Below, piece by piece: positions 1-8,988 of a stretch of DNA of 32,000 bases (its first letter is position 1; the number at the start of each line of letters is the position of its first letter). This DNA is from Candidatus Methanoperedens sp. Lineage in GTDB: Archaea; Halobacteriota; Methanosarcinia; Methanosarcinales; Methanoperedenaceae. The stretch covers positions 1 through 32,000 of the forward strand of contig JBAVMS010000041.1 of NCBI GenBank assembly GCA_049690315.1, given 5' to 3'. The position numbers were made by a program, and so were the translations under genes. The notes beneath the pieces are model-generated. The model worked only from the letters and a program-made list of their open reading frames with translations. It was not told where the DNA came from and did no database searches.

Positions 1-690
1 GTCCATAGTTTCGAGTAATTTGTCTATATCTATGGATATTGGTCGTACTGCATGGCTATTTGCGACCGGTGACCCGTGGATTATAAACGGCATGAGGTCT
101 GTGACGTAGGGGCGCCTGGGCATTTCAGCCATGAGGTCTATATCCCGTGGCATCATCCCTTCTTTTATATCAAAATAAAATTCATCTCCGGCTCTCAGGA
201 GGTCAACCGGGCGCCCAGTTTTGGTAACATTCTCTCTGAAAACTTTATAAAACTCAAATTCATTTCCATTGTTGACATAGAGGTTGTATACGATAAGCGC
301 CATGATCATGTGATAGCAGGGATGGCCGTCAGATAATCCCTGGCATGTATGATACAAGGTGTTTCCCGGGCCATTGCTGTCGGTGCCCGCAACTAATGTC
401 AGAACGTGCATATTGGATGAAGACTCCGATTTGATTTCCATTTGTATTTCAACATCGCTATTCGGAGTTGTGGGAGCTATTATGCCCGCGCTGTGCAGTT
501 GAGATGGCAGCATAGTAATGGCTTTTAAAATCTGCTTGCTTGCGCCCACACGGTTTGTTGTGTTGCGCCTGCTCATTGCATCAGGGTCTTGTGTATGTGC
601 CAGCAGGATATCGGGGCAGCATTTGCTTATTTTGCTTCCCGGAACGTCCGGGTTTATCCAGTTTAGGGCATTGATCCATTGAGAGGGCAT
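1..690 (-). CDS. hypothetical protein, C-terminal end cut by window edge
   Basis: The minus-strand frame is open from the ATG at 690-688 to base 1: 230 codons with no stop (MPSQWINALNWINPDVPGSK...). It is missing from the supplied ORF track because it has no stop inside the window. It lies on the same strand as, and 19 nt downstream of, the 66-codon ORF. No motif recognised. Confidence 0.45.
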   Translation of the reverse strand, partial: MPSQWINALNWINPDVPGSKISKCCPDILLAHTQDPDAMSRRNTTNRVGASKQILKAITMLPSQLHSAGIIAPTTPNSDVEIQMEIKSESSSNMHVLTLVAGTDSNGPGNTLYHTCQGLSDGHPCYHMIMALIVYNLYVNNGNEFEFYKVFRENVTKTGRPVDLLRAGDEFYFDIKEGMMPRDIDLMAEMPRRPYVTDLMPFIIHGSPVANSHAVRPISIDIDKLLETMD

Positions 691-709
691 TTCAATTACA
701 TCCTTTATT

Positions 710-910
710 TTATTTCTTTAAGTTTTTCTCGATTTCTGTCGGCGGCACTGCCCGTTTTGCTTCCAGTTCAGCCCTTTGTCTGCGCTCCCGCCCCTCCATA
801 TATCCCGCAGGCGGCTTTAGCTCGTACTTCCTTTGAACAACTATCTTGTGCTGCAAAACTACCCTGTTACCTGCCGGGATGATTGCATATTTCGCAAGGT
901 CAATCCCCAA
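710..910 (-). CDS. small hypothetical protein (66 aa)
   Basis: Track ORF with a non-ATG (TTG) start and a charged/basic sequence. It is tightly spaced with the flanking minus-strand ORFs. No motif recognised. Confidence 0.3.
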   Translation of the reverse strand: MGIDLAKYAIIPAGNRVVLQHKIVVQRKYELKPPAGYMEGRERRQRAELEAKRAVPPTEIEKNLKK

Positions 911-960
911 GTTGTGAGCTTCCTGTTCCAGGTCTATCCCGAATGTTTCTTTTATTGACT

Positions 961-1557
961 CTATCTGTTTTTTCCGATTTTCTTCTCGGCAATCGCCCTG
1001 AACTGTGGAACCAGCATGCGCGCCTCATCCTTTGATACCTGGATGTTCCGGTATATGTCCTGCGCCATCCGCTCGTCGCTCAGGAACTTTGGCGATGCAA
1101 GGGCGCCTGTTGTGAGCTGGGTGCATCCGATGTAACTGTTGTACATCGCCTCAACCCCAGGCTGCCTCTTTTCCATTGTTTTAATAAGACTTTCCAGGTC
1201 CAGTATAGTGTTCTCCCTTGACTGTCTGGGGTCGTTGTATCTGTTGATCCATCCCTCTATGTCTCTGATAGACCACATCGATTTTGCCTTTTCAATCAGT
1301 GCTCCGAATCTTCTGTTCATCTCCGCCCATTTTACTGGTATCAAATTGGTCGCTCTCGTTCCTCCACATTTCACGGTTTCTCTGGGGCTTATTCTCTTGA
1401 TTAACTGTGCGTCAAATAATTCATTAACCTCAACAACCTCAAGAACATCCTCGGCTGTCAGGCTTCCCCATGTCTTTTTTACATGCACCAGATCGCCTAT
1501 TTGCGGAATATAAGCTTGTTCCGGGGCTCCGGCTCTTTCCATCATTACTTCTGCCAT
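961..1557 (-). CDS. hypothetical protein (198 aa)
   Basis: Long ORF co-directional with its neighbours, with a 26-nt gap to the upstream membrane-protein gene. The antisense 124-aa ORF looks low-complexity and spurious. No motif recognised. Confidence 0.5.
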   Translation of the reverse strand: MAEVMMERAGAPEQAYIPQIGDLVHVKKTWGSLTAEDVLEVVEVNELFDAQLIKRISPRETVKCGGTRATNLIPVKWAEMNRRFGALIEKAKSMWSIRDIEGWINRYNDPRQSRENTILDLESLIKTMEKRQPGVEAMYNSYIGCTQLTTGALASPKFLSDERMAQDIYRNIQVSKDEARMLVPQFRAIAEKKIGKNR

Positions 1558-1583
1558 TATTTCAATCCTCCAATGATTGTGCC

Positions 1584-2300
1584 TTAAAAGTTAAATTTAT
1601 TTTTTTCTGCTGTGATTTGTATGGCAGTTTTTAGTGAAGCAGGTTTTACAAATAAAAGATAAGCCAGGGATGTTATAATTACCGCGCTGTAGACATTCAG
1701 GATTTGCATGATTAAGGCGAACATCCCAACGACAAGAGCGATTTCGAGGAGTGTGATAAAAAGCGATTCCAAGAAGCTGTTTTTAATGATGTTCACTGAT
1801 TCGCATATGGACATGAATGGGTCGCGCAGCGGAATAGAAAGGATTTCCGCATATTTTGTAAGGAACAATACAGTACCGGCCTGGATCACCCACATAATGC
1901 CGCCAAGGAGTTCGTACCCGGGAAATAAATAATTCGATAGAGGAATGTATCCGATTCCTGCTATGACGATGAGAAGTACCAGGGCTTTTGTCATTGCCAT
2001 GCTTTTAATCGAATCGTGTGTCAGCACAGCATGTATCGGGATACCTGTACTCGAAGATAAAGCCAGAATATCCCAAACACTGTTTGATAGGACAACAATT
2101 CCAAACAAAGTTAATCCGAGAATAAAAACCTCCGGGAATTCCGGGGTCTGTATGCTGCCGTTTCCTATTGACATAATTATACCGAGTATGAATACAATTC
2201 CAATACCGGTGACAGTTATGAAGAGAGCGGATGCAAATTTCAGCAGGTATGCCGCTCCTGATCCAATGTCTATTTTGTTCATTATATCATTTACAATCAT
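1584..2300 (-). CDS. integral membrane protein (about 6 predicted helices)
   Basis: Several long hydrophobic stretches are present ([95 protein letters not shown]). The start overlaps the deaminase stop by 4 nt, which suggests translational coupling. Confidence 0.6.
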   Translation of the reverse strand: MIVNDIMNKIDIGSGAAYLLKFASALFITVTGIGIVFILGIIMSIGNGSIQTPEFPEVFILGLTLFGIVVLSNSVWDILALSSSTGIPIHAVLTHDSIKSMAMTKALVLLIVIAGIGYIPLSNYLFPGYELLGGIMWVIQAGTVLFLTKYAEILSIPLRDPFMSICESVNIIKNSFLESLFITLLEIALVVGMFALIMQILNVYSAVIITSLAYLLFVKPASLKTAIQITAEKNKFNF

Positions 2301-2770
2301 TTTTCCACCTCATGAAATTGTTCAACCTTTACTCCGGCTTTATCAAAAAAGTCCAGAGCTTCTGTGTCAGGATAAACTACCCCGAAAACCACTTTTTCAA
2401 TCCTGGCATTGATTAACATCTTTGCGCAGAGGATACATGGCTGATGGGTACAATAAATTGTAGCGTTCTCGATGCTCACACCATGAAGCGCTGCCTGTAT
2501 AATGGCATTCTGCTCTGCATGCACCGCGCGGCAGAGTTCATGCCTTGTACCGGAGGCGATGTTATTCTGCTGCCTTATGCATCCGATTTCAAGACAGTGC
2601 TCTAAATTCCGGGGCGCGCCGTTGTATCCGGTTGAAAGAATCGTTTTCTCTTTTACGATCAACGCGCCTACCTGATTCCGGAGGCACGTTGAGCGTTTCG
2701 CTACAATGCCTGCTATCTCCATGAAGTACTCATCTATGGATGGACGTTTCCTCGGTGATGAAAAATTCAT
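2297..2770 (-). CDS. dCMP/cytidine deaminase family protein (ComEB-like dCMP deaminase)
   Basis: Zinc-binding CDA-fold motifs HAEQNAI and [10 protein letters not shown] (H-A-E ... P-C-x-x-C) are present. The 157-aa size is typical of dCMP deaminases. Confidence 0.85.
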   Translation of the reverse strand: MNFSSPRKRPSIDEYFMEIAGIVAKRSTCLRNQVGALIVKEKTILSTGYNGAPRNLEHCLEIGCIRQQNNIASGTRHELCRAVHAEQNAIIQAALHGVSIENATIYCTHQPCILCAKMLINARIEKVVFGVVYPDTEALDFFDKAGVKVEQFHEVEK

Positions 2771-2802
2771 AAATCCTCATTCTATTGCTTAAACAACTGT
2801 TT

Positions 2803-4188
2803 TTATTTTCTTGTTGCCATTATTTCCTTTTTCTTCTCGTAGTACCGTTCAGGCATCCTGAGTCCGGATATCCAGCAGCGCGGACATTTTTCATATCCGA
2901 TGCAGTATGGAGCATATCCATTGACGCCGTAGCAGTATTTCGGCACCGATTTTCCGGTCTCATCCGATTCCAGCAGTGAATTTAACTGATACCTGCTGTG
3001 TCCTAGGTCGAAATTCGTCACTCTTATTTTCTTTTCAATTATTTCTATGCACTGATCAACATTATAGAACCAGAGCAGGGTCGAGAACATGGCTGCACGC
3101 ATCTGGTGCGGCACTGCTTTATCTTTTACTGCACGGGCAAAGCACGGGAATACAGAGAGCCTGTCAAAATCATTTATTTCTATCAATATCATCCTTTCAG
3201 GTTTTCCGAATCTGATTATGCATTTCTGCGGTCCCAGGGCTGCTCTTTGAATATCTTTTATATAAGCGCAGTTTTCATTCTTATACTGGATCAGGGTTGA
3301 CAGCAGGCCATCCAGGGCCATGTTTAATATCGCATCCCTTTCTCTTGATTCCCAGGGTGCGCGTGAATCCGGCTGGTATTTTTTTATATCTTTTACAAGA
3401 CCGTGTATAAGCAGAGGAGTATTCATGTTCCCGGATGCTTCCAGGGCTTTAATAATCAATTCGATCATGGGATACGGTTTTTCATGCACGTCTTTGAGTA
3501 TCCACGGGCCGTGTTGATTCGCAAGCAATTCCAGGACGGTTTTGAATATTACTATACTTGATTCGAGTCTTGTCTTTACCCTATATTCAACGCTCACATC
3601 GACCATTTTTACAAGCGCTTCAAATACATTTTTTGAATACTGTTTGAAATGCAGCTTGAAAGAATTCGCGGGGATGTAAACGCATTTCGATTTTATGATG
3701 ACGCCGTCAAGAGCATGACGGTTCGTTGCATTCTTCAACGGTATGGTGACACGGCCATCCTTAATGTATGCGTCAGGGCAGTACATAGCCTCCAGCAGCC
3801 CCGAACTCTCTGCTTGTTGAGGTATGGATTGTATTTCAAAGCCGTCTGAGCTGCAGAGCTCTATAGGCAGGAACGCGGAGGTTTTCAGTCCGAGGTACTC
3901 AATAGTTAGTTTCTGGAATACTGCCAGTGTCCGGTCTGATACTCTCGGATATCTCGTTTCCTTAGCGCGCCAGCCTGCTAATCCTGAAATCGCAGCAAGC
4001 TTTTCAGGAGTTCCGAAATCTGCAAATTCTATCGGTCTTTCTGCTTTGCCCATACCCGTCAGCAGGTAGTGCTCTGCTAGTTTTGCAACCTCATCTATTT
4101 TCATCCCTTTAATCCCGGATTTCATCGTATTGAATAAAGCATCATCATCCATGAGATGTGCCGCGATTATAGGATTGGTATGCGTCAT
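2803..4188 (-). CDS. priL: primase large-subunit (PriL)-like protein
   Basis: The C-terminal third follows the PriL Fe-S domain pattern: FPCFARAVKDKAVPHQMRAAMFSTLLWF, then YCYG, YC and CPRC cysteines. The ATG shares one base with the stop of the upstream PriS-like gene (TAATG at 4186-4190). The N-terminal part was not recognised. Confidence 0.5.
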   Translation of the reverse strand: MTHTNPIIAAHLMDDDALFNTMKSGIKGMKIDEVAKLAEHYLLTGMGKAERPIEFADFGTPEKLAAISGLAGWRAKETRYPRVSDRTLAVFQKLTIEYLGLKTSAFLPIELCSSDGFEIQSIPQQAESSGLLEAMYCPDAYIKDGRVTIPLKNATNRHALDGVIIKSKCVYIPANSFKLHFKQYSKNVFEALVKMVDVSVEYRVKTRLESSIVIFKTVLELLANQHGPWILKDVHEKPYPMIELIIKALEASGNMNTPLLIHGLVKDIKKYQPDSRAPWESRERDAILNMALDGLLSTLIQYKNENCAYIKDIQRAALGPQKCIIRFGKPERMILIEINDFDRLSVFPCFARAVKDKAVPHQMRAAMFSTLLWFYNVDQCIEIIEKKIRVTNFDLGHSRYQLNSLLESDETGKSVPKYCYGVNGYAPYCIGYEKCPRCWISGLRMPERYYEKKKEIMATRK

Positions 4189-5105
4189 TATTGGCTCCAG
4201 TTAGGTTTGGCGATTATATCTTCCAGATCGGATGGATGTTTCAATTCCTGTACTCTTCTATTGACTCCGGCATGAAGGCTGCCAGTGAAGCGCAGCACGC
4301 GTCGGCTGTCTATGGTGATAGGTGTATCTATCGGTATTTCTGCCTTTGTGAGCATCTTGGCAATGAAAATCCTGGCATCTTTAGGATAACTCCACGTTTC
4401 TGAATCTGTTACGTGAATATGAGCGCCCTGGCCGCTGTAGTAGATGTGAATATCCTCTGGCGCGAATCCCCATTCCATCAGGATTTTTTTCGCTTCAAAT
4501 GCTTTGTTTACTGCTACCTGGATGCAGTTATAGCAGTAAAGATATCCCTTTTCAGGGTCTTTTATATGTTTTGGATGAACAGGCGGTATGTTGCCGATCA
4601 TGCGGCGCCAGTTTATTATTTCGCTGTCATCAGCATCAGGCCTTAATCCCGGGTGGTGTTCGCATAAACCTGAAAGTGCAATGTCCTTTGCATCTATATC
4701 AAAAGCAATAAGCCATCTGTCTTTCATTCTAAGAGAAAAATAAAAACTTTCAACCTGGCTATTTTCTATTACAGCTCCCAGCGGATCAAACTGCCTGAAG
4801 TTCAGCAGCAGTTTCTGGAGGGTATTTAAATCATGTCCATATCCGCGATTCTCCCGGCGCAAGAAATCTTTTTCTTTAACGATGCCACCTATGTCCATGG
4901 TTTTTACAGGTCTCAGGAAAGCAAAAGCATATTCTTCGGATAAGGTCTTTGCAAGGTATTCAGGCAAGGTTTTCCATGTTCTGGGGAATGCATCTTTATA
5001 ATAAATTTTTATCTCCTCCGAGGTAGATGGCCGCCAGTCTACGGGTGTGATCTTATGTGGATTCATAATAGATTCAAATTGTTTTTCTTTGATTTCAAGT
5101 ATCAT
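4188..5105 (-). CDS. priS: archaeo-eukaryotic primase catalytic subunit (PriS-like, AEP fold)
   Basis: AEP motifs are present: LIAFDIDAKD (DxD), YYSGQGAHIHV (SGxGxH) and RVLRFTGSLH. A Cys/His cluster (CEHH ... CYNC) is consistent with the PriS zinc knuckle. An alternative start lies at Met14 (5066). Confidence 0.7.
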   Translation of the reverse strand: MILEIKEKQFESIMNPHKITPVDWRPSTSEEIKIYYKDAFPRTWKTLPEYLAKTLSEEYAFAFLRPVKTMDIGGIVKEKDFLRRENRGYGHDLNTLQKLLLNFRQFDPLGAVIENSQVESFYFSLRMKDRWLIAFDIDAKDIALSGLCEHHPGLRPDADDSEIINWRRMIGNIPPVHPKHIKDPEKGYLYCYNCIQVAVNKAFEAKKILMEWGFAPEDIHIYYSGQGAHIHVTDSETWSYPKDARIFIAKMLTKAEIPIDTPITIDSRRVLRFTGSLHAGVNRRVQELKHPSDLEDIIAKPNWSQ

Positions 5106-5124
5106 ATGATGTGTGGGTGAACTA

Positions 5125-6315
5125 CTACCTTACAAGTAGGGTTGCTTCCTGCTTCATTATGTCTCTATTGAGACCACTCTTACAGGCTTCAATTCCCGCA
5201 GTTACTGCGGTACATCTATTCAAAACATTAATTGATGCATTAACATCCCTATCTTCGATATTTCCGCATCGAGAACAATGGAATACCCTGTCTGCCAGTG
5301 TTAAATGCTCAACATTTCCACAGACATTGCATTCTTGGGATGTTCCTTTCGCTATGCAGAACTCAGCAAGCTTGCCAGCATCTTCCGCTTTGTACGCCGT
5401 GAAATTCTGCAACTGATACCATCCTGCATCTGCTATGCTTTTTGCAAGATGATGATTTTGAACCATTCCTCTGATGTTGAGGTTTTCAAATGCTATGAGA
5501 TCATAGGTATTGACCAGCATTCTCGAAGTCTTGTGAGCAAAATCTTTCCTCTGGTTCCTGATTTTTCTGTGTACTCTCGCTACCTTGATTCTCTGTTTTT
5601 TTCCATTCTCTGAACCTATCTTCTTCCTGCTCAGGCTAATCTGCTCCTTCGCAAGCTTCTTTTCTGATTTTCTTAAGAACTCAGGAGGAGCTATCTGTTC
5701 CCCATTACTTAATGTTAGTAGTGAAGATAGACCAACATCTACTCCAATAGCGTTCTTAATCTCAACGGGTTCTGATGTTTTCTTTATCTCAGCGGTGAAT
5801 ATCGCATACCACTGATCAACATCTTTCTTGATTGTACAGGTCTTGATTCTACCTTCAATGTCTCGATGCAGGATGATCCTCATTGTACCTATCTTCGAGA
5901 TGATGATTTTTCCTTCTTTTCCATCTTCAATCTCTACTTCAAAACCATTTTGAGGATATGTGAACGAATCATACCTGTTCCTTCCTTTGAACCTCGGATA
6001 CCCGAAGCCATTGAAGAAGTTCTTGAAGCTTCTATCCAATCGCTTCAGTGTGTTTTGCAGTACCTGTGAATATACTTCTTTCTGAAATGAATTTTTCTCC
6101 GAGGATAGCGTATTAGCCTGGTCTTCGTAGCTTATCCATTCGGTTTTTCCCCATGGAAACACCTGAAAATCTCTTTTCAATCTGTTGAGCTCTGCCTGCC
6201 GCTTCCGTTCGGAAAGTGCATCGTTATAGAGATGCCTACAGGTGTTTAGCGTTCTGTTCAGCTTGACCTCCTGATTTTTATTAGGGTAAATACGGAAACA
6301 ATAGGCTTTTTTCAT
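5125..6315 (-). CDS. tnpB: TnpB (IS200/IS605-family OrfB, RNA-guided endonuclease)
   Basis: The N-terminus is typical (MKKAYCFRIYPNKNQ). The RuvC triad is intact (GVDVGL, FENLNIRGM, DRDVNASINVL), as is the zinc finger (CNVCG ... CSRCG). No tnpA (Y1 transposase) is present anywhere in the window. Confidence 0.9.
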   Translation of the reverse strand: MKKAYCFRIYPNKNQEVKLNRTLNTCRHLYNDALSERKRQAELNRLKRDFQVFPWGKTEWISYEDQANTLSSEKNSFQKEVYSQVLQNTLKRLDRSFKNFFNGFGYPRFKGRNRYDSFTYPQNGFEVEIEDGKEGKIIISKIGTMRIILHRDIEGRIKTCTIKKDVDQWYAIFTAEIKKTSEPVEIKNAIGVDVGLSSLLTLSNGEQIAPPEFLRKSEKKLAKEQISLSRKKIGSENGKKQRIKVARVHRKIRNQRKDFAHKTSRMLVNTYDLIAFENLNIRGMVQNHHLAKSIADAGWYQLQNFTAYKAEDAGKLAEFCIAKGTSQECNVCGNVEHLTLADRVFHCSRCGNIEDRDVNASINVLNRCTAVTAGIEACKSGLNRDIMKQEATLLVR

Positions 6316-6581
6316 CTAAAGTCACATTCTTTTAGCAATATATACATTTAATGACAGCGGTGTGAAAGTAATATTTCAAGGGGCATGATTCGTCTTTCCG
6401 ACAAGTTGGGTGGCCTTTTCTACCCCTTGGCCCCACGTTATATATTTTATCTATATATAGGGTGAAAGTAATGTTTTGAGTTATTTCGCTCTGTCTATTG
6501 TTTGGATTGTTTTGGTAACTATTCATGTTAATATTAACAAGAAATAGGGACAAACATTATTTCATTAAACAAACTAATATT

Positions 6582-6815
6582 TTATTAAGTATTTATTATT
6601 AAGGTATTACTAAAAATCATGCTGCTTAAGGAAATATGTATATGCTTTATTTCTATCATGACTGGATTAAATGTTTATTCTTAAGATTATATGGTTCTCT
6701 GTGTCAATTCATAAAGAAACCATCACCTTTAGAGACTATTTTTCAATCAGTAGATAATTTTCTATCAAGAGAATTAATGAAAATTAGATATTCCATAATC
6801 TTGATGATTCAGGTA
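6582..6815. repeat. direct repeat copy A (about 235 bp, AT-rich, non-coding)
   Basis: It aligns by eye with 8753-8988 at roughly four-fifths identity. Long identical blocks include ATTACTAAAAATCAT, TGCTTAAGGAAATATGTATATGCTTT, ACTATTTTTCAATCAGTAGATAATT and ATTAATGAAAATTAGATATTCCATAATC. Track ORFs inside the two copies are not conserved in frame. Confidence 0.8.
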
Positions 6816-6987
6816 TCAAAAAGCGCATGCGATTCGCAGTTCGGAAGATGCGGCAGGTGCCCGAACTCGTACAACGGCGGAACAAGTGCAAACGGTGGAA
6901 CGTGCATGAATGCCGAGATTTGACAAGCCAGTGCGATAAATCATAAAAAACATAGTTTTATAAACTTTACTACACATATTTTGCTTT

Positions 6988-7800
6988 ATGTTTACACCAG
7001 TGTTTAACAATGACAAAAAAAGCGTAGAATTGAGCCCACTGGAACACAAGATATATTTCAGCTTCTATGAGAAAGAGGTATTTAGAAGCAGTGACGCATA
7101 TAAAATCATCCCGAACAAGAAAACAGCAAGGCAGATTCTTTTCAGGCTAAAGAATAAAGGCTTTATTAAGCAAATAAAACGCGGGCTCTTTGCGATCATC
7201 CCGGCGCAAATGATAGGTAAAGGGTTTACTGTTGATAAAATATTGATAGCATCGAAATTAACAGAACCTTATTTTATATCTCATCATACGGCTTTGGAAA
7301 TCCACGGTGCAGCACAATCATATTTTAATATAGCATACATCTCAGCAAATAAAATATTAAAGCCGTTTGAATTTCAGAATATCTCATATAAATTCGTGAC
7401 TACGGAACATATGTTCGGAATAGAGCAACTTCCAAGGGGAAATCTGAAAATAAGTGTTAGCGACAAGGAAAGAACAGTTTTGGATTGCATCAGAAATATA
7501 GAATATGCGGGCGGCATTGAAGAGCTTGCAAAAAGTACCTCGGCATTTCCCAATTTGGATTATAAAAAAATGCTGAAATATTTGAATCTTTTTGGCGAGA
7601 AAAGCCTTTTCCACAGGACAGGATTCATTTTTGGCAGCCTGAAGAGCGAGTTGAATGTTCCCAATGATTTTCTTGATAAAATAAGGGAAAAACTCAGCGC
7701 AAGACCTTATTATTTGTTGCCAAATAAAAAAGGACTCTATATAAAAGAATGGAATATTATCGCGCCTGAAAACATAAAAGAGATGATGAAAATTGCTTAA
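6988..7800 (+). CDS. abiEi: AbiEi-family antitoxin / transcriptional regulator (type IV TA)
   Basis: An N-terminal wHTH-like region (LFRLKNKGFIKQIKRGLFAIIP) is followed by the AbiEi hallmark stretch PYFISHHTALEIHGAAQS and VSDKERTVLDCI. The gene overlaps the downstream NTase gene by 8 nt. Confidence 0.8.
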   Translation: MFTPVFNNDKKSVELSPLEHKIYFSFYEKEVFRSSDAYKIIPNKKTARQILFRLKNKGFIKQIKRGLFAIIPAQMIGKGFTVDKILIASKLTEPYFISHHTALEIHGAAQSYFNIAYISANKILKPFEFQNISYKFVTTEHMFGIEQLPRGNLKISVSDKERTVLDCIRNIEYAGGIEELAKSTSAFPNLDYKKMLKYLNLFGEKSLFHRTGFIFGSLKSELNVPNDFLDKIREKLSARPYYLLPNKKGLYIKEWNIIAPENIKEMMKIA

Positions 7801-8722
7801 GCCTGACAGGAAATATTTTGAAAGCCTTTCTGAAAAGACAAATTTCCAGAAAGATATTCTGGAAAAGGTTTTCAGGCTTGCTGATTTGCTGAAAATGATT
7901 TATGAAAATGAATTTCTGAAAACAAGGCTTGTAATAAAAGGCGGGACAGCGATAAATTTCATCTATTTCAAGATGCCCCGCCTTTCCGTTGACATTGATT
8001 TCAACTTTGTGTCCGATGAAGCAAGGGAAGACATGCTGAAAAGCAGAGAAAATATTGACAGGATTTTGACAAAGATTTTCATGATAGAAGGATATGAAAT
8101 AGAAAAGGTCCAGCCTTATGCGCTTTTGCAGTACAACCTGAAATACAACAATACTGCCGGAAATATTGACAGGATAAAGATTGAGATAAATTTCTTGGAG
8201 CGCATTCCTGTTTTTGATATTGCGGACATGAAAATAAAAGTATTGGATAATCCTGAATTCAAAGTTAAGACTTATCAGATGGAAGAATTGTTTGCAACAA
8301 AAATGAGGGCGTTGATGACAAGAGCCGCTGCAAGGGACTTGTTTGATGTTTACATGCTTCTGAAAAGCGGTCTTGAGTTCGATGAAAGAATGTTGAAGAA
8401 ATGCTTTGTTTTCTATTTCTGCCTTGCGGAAGATTTCAGAAAATTGAATGTGGAGAGCATAAGCGAAATAAACCCGGTTGAGATAAAGAAATTCCTACTT
8501 CCTTTGATGGAGAAGGGAAAGAAAGTAGACATGAGTGAGGTTTCCGGGAAAGTGAAAGAATTCGCGTCCAAGATGCTTCTGCTGGATAAGAACGAACAAA
8601 AATTTATCGAGCTTTTTTATGAGCAGAAAAAAGTGGAATTGGATTTGCTTTTTGAGGATTTGAAATATAATACAAAACTGAAAAATCATCCAATGATTGA
8701 TTGGAGATTGAAAAATATGTAG
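7793..8722 (+). CDS. abiEii: AbiEii/AbiGii-family nucleotidyltransferase toxin (DUF1814)
   Basis: The NTase motif is present (VIKGGTAINFIY ... RLSVDIDFNF), followed by FATKMRALMTRAAARDLFDVY, which is typical of the family. The start is TTG, overlapping the abiEi stop. Confidence 0.8.
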   Translation: MLKPDRKYFESLSEKTNFQKDILEKVFRLADLLKMIYENEFLKTRLVIKGGTAINFIYFKMPRLSVDIDFNFVSDEAREDMLKSRENIDRILTKIFMIEGYEIEKVQPYALLQYNLKYNNTAGNIDRIKIEINFLERIPVFDIADMKIKVLDNPEFKVKTYQMEELFATKMRALMTRAAARDLFDVYMLLKSGLEFDERMLKKCFVFYFCLAEDFRKLNVESISEINPVEIKKFLLPLMEKGKKVDMSEVSGKVKEFASKMLLLDKNEQKFIELFYEQKKVELDLLFEDLKYNTKLKNHPMIDWRLKNM

Positions 8723-8752
8723 TTCGCTTCCCGCCGTATCCCCTTATCTCAT

Positions 8753-8988
8753 ATTTATTAAGTTTTTTATTTATTAAGTTATTACTAAAAATCATATTGC
8801 TTAAGGAAATATGTATATGCTTTTTTCTTTCACGACTGAACGATATGGTTATTTCTAAGATCATATTGTTCTCTGTATCAATAAACAAAAAAACCATCAC
8901 CCTTAGATACTATTTTTCAATCAGTAGATAATTCTTTATCGAGAGCATTAATGAAAATTAGATATTCCATAATCCTGATGTCCTGGTA
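8753..8988. repeat. direct repeat copy B (partner of 6582-6815)
   Basis: See copy A. It begins about 30 bp after the abiEii stop. Confidence 0.8.

Noticed and set aside
1139-2416. Plus-strand track ORFs (1139-1513, 1708-1932, 1945-2412, 2231-2416). Similar antisense ORFs occur throughout the window, for example 12644-12925, 17723-18112 and 22422-22778.
   Set aside because: They lie antisense to long ORFs with recognisable motifs. They have low-complexity or Ser/Leu/Arg-rich composition, no motifs, and no ribosome-site or operon logic. I treat them as shadow ORFs.
6795-6815. C/D-box sRNA-like TTGATGA (copy A) and CTGATGT (copy B) at the ends of the direct repeats.
   Set aside because: No properly spaced D box (CTGA) or terminal stem was found, and the C-box match is imperfect in both copies.
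6636-6923. The 95-aa ORF in direct-repeat copy A, and the 76-aa ORF (8701-8931) in copy B.
   Set aside because: The two repeat copies align at the nucleotide level, but indels break any common reading frame. The repeat is therefore non-coding.
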